A DNA stretch of 64,000 nucleotides from positions 1,920,001 to 1,984,000 of the forward strand of contig OZ250186.1 of NCBI GenBank assembly GCA_965238275.1, in the 5' to 3' direction. This document shows, piece after piece, positions 1 to 7,807 of this stretch; within the stretch, counting starts at the first letter, position 1, and each line of letters starts with the position of its first letter. The DNA is from Nitrosopumilus sp. GTDB lineage: Archaea > Thermoproteota > Nitrososphaeria > Nitrososphaerales > Nitrosopumilaceae. Below the pieces are notes generated by a model that saw only the letters and a program-made list of their open reading frames with translations, ran no database searches and was not told where the DNA came from. Both the position numbers and the translations under genes were made by a program.

Positions 1-88
1 TGACGTCCCTGTTGTTACGCAGAAACTCCTTTACCATTTTTGAGCGGTGCTGCGGTGCCCGGTCTGCTGTCACTGCCACCAGAGATTT
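1..88 (-). pseudogene. IS630-family transposase fragment (runs off window start)
   Basis: Manual minus-strand translation KSLVAVTADRAPQHRSKMVKEFLRNNRDV resembles the IS630 D-x-A-x-x-H segment (cf. MDKASQHRAS in 37762..38106). Confidence 0.55.
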
Positions 89-308
89 GAGGTGGATAGC
101 CAGCAAGAGCTGAAACGTGTTCAGCAATAATGCTTCTTGAACCCTCCGATGTGTATGAATGAGGAACCGCACTTGGGGCACCTGAACGGCCTGGCAGGAT
201 CGCCAGAGAGTATGCACGGCGGGACCACGTCGTTGCCGTGTGTTTTGCCGCAGAACCTGCATGCCATGGTGGACGTGGGGCACGGCACGTAAAAAATGAT
301 GCCGTTAT

Positions 309-596
309 GTGACGGCCGGCACTGGCATGCTTCTGGAAGAATTGCCGTCTGACTACAGGGAGTCTTTAATACATGCAGGACGCAACCGTGCCCATGATTG
401 GGACAGAACCATGAAAGACTGCGAGGAAGGCCTGCGCATGATAGCCGACCTGCGCCGAGATGCTGACAAGCAGGAAAAGGCCGGCAGGGCAAAATCTGCC
501 AAACTCATCAGGCATATTGCAGTCAGGTTCGAATGCATCGATTACGGACTGTACCTTTTAGAATACAAGCACGGTATCAAGATGTGCGATGACTAG
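309..596 (+). CDS. small hypothetical protein, 'C-x-x-YGLY-x-x-EY-x-x-G-x-K-x-C' family copy 1 (start uncertain)
   Basis: C-terminus FECIDYGLYLLEYKHGIKMCDD is homologous to ORFs at 18675..18896 and 54086..54265. Confidence 0.6.
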   Translation: MTAGTGMLLEELPSDYRESLIHAGRNRAHDWDRTMKDCEEGLRMIADLRRDADKQEKAGRAKSAKLIRHIAVRFECIDYGLYLLEYKHGIKMCDD

Positions 597-610
597 CGTG
601 TCGAACCAGA

Positions 611-772
611 CCAGCGGAAAACTCCCATTCACCGTCAAGGCGGCATTTGGCCATCCGCATACCTTGGGTCAGTCTTTTGCACACCATCACAAGTGGCAAG
701 TTTTTGTCGACTCTCAGATCCAACAGGGTAAATGCCATGGTCACCGCTATAACGGCAACACATGGCGTCTTT
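611..772. repeat. ~160-bp dispersed repeat, copy 1 (copy 2 at 5946..6106)
   Basis: Direct, diverged copies sharing e.g. CCATCACAAGTGGCAAGTT and TCACCGCTATAACGGCAACACATGGCGTCTTT. Confidence 0.85.
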
Positions 773-1064
773 TGCGCGTCGCTATAGGCACTGAAGGGGG
801 AATCGCTACCTGCAAAGGACGTCATGGAACTCGAACGCAACTACAGGCAGAAAGAGCCCGAGCAGTTCCTTGAAATGTATGATGCGGTGCGGGAAAGCCG
901 CAAGCAAAAAGATAGGGAATAGCAGCCATTTTAGAGAGGCATACGGCTCGCAGCCAGCACTTGGTTTTAAGGAATGATTGTGCCTGTTGCAGGCAAGCGC
1001 CTCTGATGCGACTAAACGGCACCTGACATGTAAATGATGAAAACAAAAATGAAAGGAATGACAG

Positions 1065-1952
1065 TCAGTTTCCAGGAGTCGTCGGGATTGCGATGAATGG
1101 CGTTCCGCCCTCACCTACTACAAGTGGTAGTTTTCCATCCCATGCCTTTGTCTTGAGCCATTCAATGTAGTTTGGATTTGTAGCCAGTGCGTCATTGATG
1201 ATGGCTATGGCTTCTGCCTCTCCCTTTGCCTCTGCGATGTTTGCATTTGCAAGACCTACGGCGTTGGCCTCTCTCTGTCTTGCCTCTACCTCGATTCTTC
1301 TAAGGTCGTTTTCTGCCTTGAGGGCCTTTTGCTCTGCCTCCACCTTTGCCTCTATTGCCTGCGAGAACAATGGCGAGAACTCAAAGTCGGTAATTGATAT
1401 GACTTCGGTTACCATTTCGAACTGGTTCAGCCTTTCTCGAATTGATATCTCTATGTCCTGCTTGACTAGGGGACGTTTTGTAATCAGTTCTTCTGCGTTG
1501 TAGTTGGCCGTTACCTGCTTAACTGTCTCCTCAATCGCGGGCTGGATAACCCTGTTTTCATAGTCCAGTCCCAGATTCTTGTATAGGCGGTGTATTGACT
1601 CCTTGTCCGGGTGGTAGTTTACAGTTACAGTAGTCTCTACTGTCTGCAGATCCTTTGATGCGCTTCTGGAGTGCTTTTCATACTTTAACGTACGAACCTC
1701 AATGTTGACTACCTCGTCCTGAAATGGCACTACAAAATGCAGCCCCTCATCAAGCGGAGGAATTGACACATCCACTGCGTTCCAGTGTAGGAGGACGCCC
1801 CTGTGCCCCGAATCTACAATCTTTACTGATGCAAATACTGCAACACCAACTACTATGAGTACTATGATGACTATGGCTACTCCTTTTGCCACATTCATGT
1901 TTACGTTGGTTCCAGGTGTTCTGTATCTTGACAATTGTACACGTATGAACAT
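1065..1952 (-). CDS. prohibitin/SPFH (band 7) membrane protein
   Basis: N-terminal TM helix, GLHFVVPF, SKDLQTV, AEELITKR, AIEAKVEAEQ coiled coil; true start may be a few codons downstream. Confidence 0.93.
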   Translation of the reverse strand: MFIRVQLSRYRTPGTNVNMNVAKGVAIVIIVLIVVGVAVFASVKIVDSGHRGVLLHWNAVDVSIPPLDEGLHFVVPFQDEVVNIEVRTLKYEKHSRSASKDLQTVETTVTVNYHPDKESIHRLYKNLGLDYENRVIQPAIEETVKQVTANYNAEELITKRPLVKQDIEISIRERLNQFEMVTEVISITDFEFSPLFSQAIEAKVEAEQKALKAENDLRRIEVEARQREANAVGLANANIAEAKGEAEAIAIINDALATNPNYIEWLKTKAWDGKLPLVVGEGGTPFIAIPTTPGN

Positions 1953-1981
1953 GCCCCTCTATTAGACCTTATGCATAGTAC

Positions 1982-3335
1982 AACTCTGTTTCCTAATTAC
2001 GCTCGACACAGATACTCGTCTGTGCAATTCTGCCTACGTCGTCGTCTTGCCCCCTTCCCTTGCAGTCCTTGGGCCGGGCTTGTAGGCTTGCACGATCCTT
2101 GGCGTGCCGTACCCGTTGTCGATTGCAGTATCGATCATCTGGTTGTACAGCTGCACCTTTCCGTATATCTCGGCCTTGACGTTCTCCCACTTGCGCGCGC
2201 TTATGCACTCGCCCAACACCCGCTTGAACGTGGAAAATACAATCTCGACTGACCACCGGTCGTTGTACCCTGACTCCCTGCGCCACGCCTTCTGGAATTC
2301 CCTCTTTTGTTCGCGCGTGAGGCCTGCAAACTTGCGTTCTGCCGTCTTGTCCATGCAGTCCAGGTCCCCCAGCTGCCTGAATCCTGCCTCCTTGCGGGGC
2401 ATGCACCCGTTCGCCTTTCCGGCAAAGTCGATGCGGACGGGAATCAGCGGCTCGATTCCCTGCTCGTCGCAGTACCTGCGGATCTTCTGGGTGTCGTACG
2501 CGCCGTCGGCTGCCGCCTTGGTGCCTGCAGAAGTGTCTGAGTTTGGTGATTTTTTTGCATTTGCAAGGGCCTGCCCCACCAGTTCCTCAAACTGCGGAGA
2601 GTCCCCGCACTTGTCGTCGGTTATGGCCACGGCGTAGATCTTTTTGGTTTTGGCATCCACCCCGACGTGCAGCTTTATGAAGCCCCGCCTGGTCCCCCAC
2701 TTTTCTGTCATCCAGTCGCCGCGGTTTGTGGGCTTGAGTCCAGTGGAGTCGAAGGCAAACAGCTTGATCTCGGCCCGGGTGCCGCCGTCTGAGAACCACG
2801 CAGAAGCCGTGCCGCTACCATCATCATTGTCTGCAACAGTGCAGCCAAGCTTGGTCATCCTCTTCTGGAACGCCGAGTACGTGGGCGCGTTTTCCTTGCC
2901 GACTATCGTCTCTGCCAGACCCTGGAGCTGCCTGTACCTTATGCCGGTGGCGTTTTTGAACAGGGATGCTGCTGCAAAGCACGCGTTTGAAAATACGTAC
3001 GGGCGGCCTACCTTCCCGCAGTTTAGCTTCTCGACTCCCTGAGTCAGGATCTCCGGGCTTATCTGGAGCGTCCACAACTGGCCGCGGTCTATGTACCTGC
3101 GGTCATCGTACTGGAACCGGCGTTCTTTGGATTTGAAAGATTTTTTAGCCTCATGCGTGCCCGTTTTGTCTGGAGAGGATGTGTTTTCAGTCATGGCTGT
3201 TACCTGACTGCCTGCACACCTCTCTGATCAATACGGTTTTCTATTGAAGATGTTTGATATGATGTTCAAATTCAACTGATCTGGCCTAATTCTGAACCTG
3301 TTGGGTGTGACTGGCGATAATTAGGAAACAAAGTT
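1982..3335 (-). mobile_element. IS5-family (IS903-like) insertion sequence, copy A, 1354 bp
   Basis: 18-bp TIR AACT(C/T)TGTTTCCTAATTA; 8-bp TSD CATAGTAC at 1974-1981 and 3336-3343; near-identical to 26520..27873. Confidence 0.95.
2034..3194 (-). CDS. IS5-family DDE transposase
   Basis: FDSTGLK, KLHVGVD, ADGAYD, RWSVEIVFSTFK motifs. Confidence 0.93.
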   Translation of the reverse strand: MTENTSSPDKTGTHEAKKSFKSKERRFQYDDRRYIDRGQLWTLQISPEILTQGVEKLNCGKVGRPYVFSNACFAAASLFKNATGIRYRQLQGLAETIVGKENAPTYSAFQKRMTKLGCTVADNDDGSGTASAWFSDGGTRAEIKLFAFDSTGLKPTNRGDWMTEKWGTRRGFIKLHVGVDAKTKKIYAVAITDDKCGDSPQFEELVGQALANAKKSPNSDTSAGTKAAADGAYDTQKIRRYCDEQGIEPLIPVRIDFAGKANGCMPRKEAGFRQLGDLDCMDKTAERKFAGLTREQKREFQKAWRRESGYNDRWSVEIVFSTFKRVLGECISARKWENVKAEIYGKVQLYNQMIDTAIDNGYGTPRIVQAYKPGPRTAREGGKTTT

Positions 3336-3353
3336 CATAGTACGAGGTTGGTG

Positions 3354-3500
3354 AATACATGATAACCCCACCCACCCACCACATGTGGCGGGCTGACCCC
3401 TGATTACGCATGGTCACAAAGACCTCGTTGGTGAATGGGGCTATCCGAGCTGCTGTGTTACTGGACTCCGAGTCCTGATAGATGTATGCAGCTACCGGCC
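3354..3500 (+). ncRNA. putative bridge RNA (target- and donor-binding internal loops) of the IS110 element
   Basis: Loop 1: CCCC/GGGG outer stem, GGTC-ACAAA-GACC inner hairpin, strands ATTACGCA and GTTGGTG match the flanks. Loop 2: AGCTGC/GCAGCT outer stem, GGACT/AGTCC hairpin, ATAGATG matches donor end. Conserved second copy at 54617. Confidence 0.8.
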
Positions 3501-3520
3501 TGTCACACAAAAAAAGGGAG

Positions 3521-4597
3521 GTGAAAGAAATAGAAAAGAGTATTGGAATCGACATAGGAAAGAGAAAGTGCGTAGTGTGTATAATGAAACACAAGGGGAC
3601 AATTCTCGAAGAGTCATCGTACGACAACACGTCCCGGGATGCATTGGATTTTGCAGAATACGTAAAGGCCACATACGGCCAGTGCAAGGCAGTCTGCGAA
3701 TCCACCGGAAACCACTGGATAAAGACTGCAGACGCCTTTGAATCTGTCGGAGTCCCGCTGACTCTTGCCAATCCGTTCAAGGTCAAGGCAATCGCATGGG
3801 CCAAAATAAAAAACGACACCATAGACGCAAGAACGCTTGCCCACCTGCTGCGGGCCGACCTGGTTCCAGGCTGCCACATAGGTTCGGCCGAATCCCGGGG
3901 AATTAAGCAGGTCCTCAGGTACCAGATGACCCTAGTGCAGAACCGAACAAAAGTGATCAACTTTATGCACACGCTGACAGACAAATACGACATAAATCCA
4001 AAGAATGCAGGAGCCAGCGTCTGGAGACCAAAGGTCCTAAAGTACCTTGAAGAGGCAGACATGAAGAATTCCAGGGACAGGTTTGTTCTGGACGGCTGCA
4101 TATCGCAGATACGGTACTACAACGACGAGATAAAAAAGACCGAAGACGAGATCAAGCGCTACGTCCGAGACGCCCACGCCCCGAAGATACTGCTGAGTAT
4201 GACGGGGATGAACGTGTTTTCTGCGGCGCTGCTGGCAGCAGAGATCGACACTATCGAAAGGTTTGAGAACCCAAAAAAACTCGTATCCTGGGCAGGCATG
4301 TGCCCGACGCTTCACCAGTCAGGCGACACGTCATACCACGGCAGGATGAAAAAGGACTCGAATCGGAAGGTCAACTGGATCATGATCCAGTGCGCGCTTG
4401 TGGCAGTGTTCCATGACGCAAGGATGAAGGAATACTACACGCGCCTCCTGAAGAGGCACAAGCACCACATCGCCATAACGCACGTCGCAAACAAGATGCT
4501 GACGATCATCTGGCACATGCTGACAGAAGGCAACCTGTACGAGGACAGAAACGAGAAACTGTACCGCGCCAAGATCAAAGAAGTCATGAAGGCGTAG
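3521..4597 (+). CDS. IS110-family (DEDD) recombinase/transposase
   Basis: GIDIGK, VCESTG, KNDTIDARTLA and SWAGMCPTLHQSG motifs; the ORF-track ATG 3482 lies inside the RNA, so GTG 3521 (or ATA 3530 after GGAGGTGA) is a more plausible start. Confidence 0.93.
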   Translation: MKEIEKSIGIDIGKRKCVVCIMKHKGTILEESSYDNTSRDALDFAEYVKATYGQCKAVCESTGNHWIKTADAFESVGVPLTLANPFKVKAIAWAKIKNDTIDARTLAHLLRADLVPGCHIGSAESRGIKQVLRYQMTLVQNRTKVINFMHTLTDKYDINPKNAGASVWRPKVLKYLEEADMKNSRDRFVLDGCISQIRYYNDEIKKTEDEIKRYVRDAHAPKILLSMTGMNVFSAALLAAEIDTIERFENPKKLVSWAGMCPTLHQSGDTSYHGRMKKDSNRKVNWIMIQCALVAVFHDARMKEYYTRLLKRHKHHIAITHVANKMLTIIWHMLTEGNLYEDRNEKLYRAKIKEVMKA

Positions 4598-4978
4598 ACG
4601 CAGAACCGGCAATGTCAGTAGACGATGATGCCGGATCTAGCGGATGCTGTGCACGAATCATGGGAATGGCGGGTGTTTTTACATGAATACGGGGTGTTTT
4701 TACATGAATGCTGGGGGGCCAGCCCCCCAGACCCCCCGAAGGAGGATTATGCATGTCACGCCGCGGGGCAAAAGCCACATTTTCTGCGGATCCGGCAGGA
4801 TTCTACTCGCAGGTAACGCTTAAGAAGGCAAAAAACATACCCAAGGTGACAAGTTGGACGCAAAACCTGGATAAGTCCGGGGATGGGTTAACATAGATGC
4901 GTAATTCCGATATGTCCTAATCTGAATATTTCCCGCCGCATTCTCACGGGCGGGGTCAGATACGGACGGGTTGGATCA

Positions 4979-5620
4979 TCAGGCGCACTCCGTGCAAACC
5001 GGGCCGCCGTAGGACGGTATCGGTATATTTAGCCGGCAGGCACACTCAAACCGGTTGAGGACCCGGATGTTCCATGAGATTGCTCGTCCCTTGGCAAACC
5101 GGCGCCGATTGTCTTCGCGCACGAACCTGCAGTGAAGCTGGTGCCGCCGGCTCTCCTCGGCCCCGAATATGCCTTCCACCAGGGCTCTTGTCTTGTACTC
5201 GTGCGAGTCAAACAGCCCGGCTGCCTTCTTCCTGCTTGGCTTGCCCCTGCTGACGGCGTCCTTTCTCTGCTTGATGTTGGGCGTCATGCCCATCCAGAAC
5301 AGATCCTTGAAGTTGTAGTCGGCGTCATACCCGCGGTCCGCATCAAAGACGTTCCCCGAAAAGTCAAACCCGCGGCGTCTGATCTCTGCCAGCATGACTG
5401 GCAGCATCGTGACGTCGTTGACGTTACCCGGCGTGGCAAACGTGACCAGCACAATCTGTAGTCCCAGGATGGCCGTTATGTGGTATTTCCAGTAGGTTTT
5501 TTGACGCATCTCGACGAAATTACGCTCCTTTTTGTAGGGTTTTTCGATGTCTTCGTACCTGGTAGTCTCCACCCCGCTGCTGTCTGCGGCCAGCGGCCCG
5601 TCCAGAAACCGGACATGAAT
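4979..5620 (-). pseudogene. 5'-truncated IS5/IS4-like DDE transposase
   Basis: ADSSG, DADRGYD, YKTRALVEGIFG motifs; N-terminus replaced by an IS630 remnant; probable distal end AGACCTTATGCATAGT at 1964. Confidence 0.75.
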
Positions 5621-5645
5621 CCTGAGATCAATGAATTTGGAGCAT

Positions 5646-5895
5646 CGTGCATGGCACAAGCTGTCTGCGTGCGTATCCGTCGTGGTTTGGTGCCTTCTCA
5701 GATGACCAGATACGGAAAATTCTCGACTACCAGATTCGGTTTTTTGTACCTCGTGTACCTGGTAATCGCCTCTCGGAGCATGCGCAGGCTGGTGTACGGC
5801 ACGTCAAGCACTGCCCGCTTGAGATCCCCCGGTACGTCTCTATGGCGCTCAGGTTCGGGGTTGCAGTTAGCAAGAAGACTGTCTCCGGGCCGTCT
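5646..5895 (-). pseudogene. IS630-family 3' remnant
   Basis: DNA similar to 37711..37960 (CCAGATTCGGTTTTTTGTACCTCGTGTACCTGG). Confidence 0.8.
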
Positions 5896-5945
5896 ATTCT
5901 AACATAATACGTATTGTCACATCATTTGTAGCACATCAAATCTGG

Positions 5946-6106
5946 CCAGTGAAAATCCCCATTCACCGTCAAGACGGTATTTGACCATCCGCATACATTG
6001 GGCCACTCTTTCGCACGCCATCACAAGTGGCAAGTTCGTGTCGACTCTCAGGTCCAACAGGGTAAATGCCAAGATCACCGCTATAACGGCAACACATGGC
6101 GTCTTT
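5946..6106. repeat. ~160-bp dispersed repeat, copy 2
   Basis: Diverged direct copy of 611..772. Confidence 0.85.
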
Positions 6107-6134
6107 CGTTTTTCACCATAGTAGTGTATGTTGT

Positions 6135-6491
6135 TCAGGACTCAAACGCATCTTTGAATACATCTAACGAGGCAAGGGGACTCTCTCTTCGTACCAAATC
6201 TTTTGCTTCATTTAGTGCCTTACGGCCTTTTTCAGTCATAATGTAATATTCGTATCCATTGACGGTTTCAGGTTGTCTTTTCTCTACCCACACAATCGAC
6301 ACCAACTCGTTCATAAGGTTAGCAAAGTCGCTACCTTCCTGTGCGCGTATGTTTGCATTTTTTGCAATGTTGTTTTTCGTTGCTGCTGGCGGGTTAATCG
6401 ATCCTAAATACACCATGACTGCAAGCTTTTTTCTGTCTTTGGAATGATGGGTCCTCTTCTTGTACGATCTTGGACGTCGATTATGCGGCAC
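6135..6491 (-). CDS. winged helix-turn-helix protein
   Basis: LVSIVWVEK...YYIMTEKGRKAL wing motif. Confidence 0.7.
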   Translation of the reverse strand: MPHNRRPRSYKKRTHHSKDRKKLAVMVYLGSINPPAATKNNIAKNANIRAQEGSDFANLMNELVSIVWVEKRQPETVNGYEYYIMTEKGRKALNEAKDLVRRESPLASLDVFKDAFES

Positions 6492-6528
6492 AACAACTCA
6501 CTTGATCCTAAATATTTACGAATATCTC

Positions 6529-7461
6529 CTAAGCCTCGACCATGTTTTTGAATCTTGCATCTTGCCAGAACCTGACAAATAACTCTTCTGTCTTTGCCCT
6601 CTTCTTGTTGTCGGGATTTATTGAAACTGCTACGAGAAGAGAATCAAGTGCTTCTTCTTGGTTTTTCTTTGAGAGAATTCTTGCCTTCTGATACCATGTC
6701 TCATCGTCTGCAGGATCTATGTTCTGGGCCTTTAGAATGCACTCCACTGCCTCTTCTGACCTCCCAAGCCCGTACAATGCTTCTGCTTTGTTTCCCCACG
6801 CCATGGGATTGCTTCCGACGAGAGTTATGGCCTTGTCGGCAACTTTCAGCGCTTTTGAAAAATCTTTCACCAGTATATGTTCGCCAGAAAGTGAAACGAG
6901 CATATCAACTGACCATGGATCCAAATCTGAAAGCTCCTCTAGCTGGGCTATGGCCTCATTGTGCTTGCCCATTCCCGAGAAGGTTTCTGCCCTGAGATCC
7001 AGCACGTGTGTATCTTTTGGATTTTCTCTGAGGAGTTTCTCAATCACGCCCATTGCTTCACCATACCTTTCCAACTCCAACAACGATCCAGCCTTTGTTG
7101 TTTGCACCCAAGATTCATCCAAACCGCATTCAACGGCCTTGTTTGCCGCATGAAGGCTGTCTTCAGGACGATCCATCGCAAGAAAGGCGATGCTTTTATT
7201 GACCCATGTTTCTGGAAAATCAGGATTCAATTCTAAAATTTTATCGTATGCAAGGGATGCCTCATCAAATCTCTCCATATCCGAGAGAATCTCTCCCTTC
7301 AAGGTCCATAACTCCAGACTGTCTGGCGTCTTGACCAGTTCCTTGTTTGTCATTAGTAGCGCGTCATCAAGGTCATCTTCATCCATCAGATCTCCGATAT
7401 CATCGATTATCTCTTCTGGTGCAGGATCCACGTATTCAATGGCCTTTCGAATGATCCTCAT
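6529..7461 (-). CDS. tetratricopeptide-repeat protein
   Basis: Repeated W-x-x-K-G/A...A...Y-x-x-x-L-x-L-N/D-P TPR units. Confidence 0.88.
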   Translation of the reverse strand: MRIIRKAIEYVDPAPEEIIDDIGDLMDEDDLDDALLMTNKELVKTPDSLELWTLKGEILSDMERFDEASLAYDKILELNPDFPETWVNKSIAFLAMDRPEDSLHAANKAVECGLDESWVQTTKAGSLLELERYGEAMGVIEKLLRENPKDTHVLDLRAETFSGMGKHNEAIAQLEELSDLDPWSVDMLVSLSGEHILVKDFSKALKVADKAITLVGSNPMAWGNKAEALYGLGRSEEAVECILKAQNIDPADDETWYQKARILSKKNQEEALDSLLVAVSINPDNKKRAKTEELFVRFWQDARFKNMVEA

Positions 7462-7807
7462 GTGTATAGGATTGGAATTAGAATATTTAAGGAAGGTATC
7501 AGAACTTTTGATGGTTGCATCAGGACTTTTGATGGCAGTGTCAGGACTTCTTTGACGGCATTCAGATTTTTTGTTTCCTGTTTAAAATAGATCAAACTTA
7601 TCAATCACCACATGAACAAAACAAAAATCTCCTTTGAAGGTGAGGAATCTGCCCTCAAAAAAACTCGGGTTAAAGATTTTCCTGTACCAGCAGATAAAAA
7701 ACCGGTTCAAACTCGTCAACAGAAAATTTCGTAATTGTTTCGCTTTTTGAAGTGCCCCCGATGGCCTAGCGGACATCCATGGTGCCGGGAATGAATCTAA
7801 TGATTTC

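Larger units (their letters stand above)
3354..4897 (+). mobile_element. IS110/IS1111-family element inserted at a TG core
   Basis: Core TG at 3352-3353 and 4898-4899; subterminal IRs ATGATAACCC (3359-3368) / GGGTTAACAT (4885-4894); junctions match internal guide segments. Confidence 0.85.

Noticed and set aside
3403-3411. Guide ATTACGCAT also matches the IS5 type C TIR (ATGCGTAAT)
   Set aside because: Left half of the target (GTTGG) is absent from those TIRs; likely coincidence
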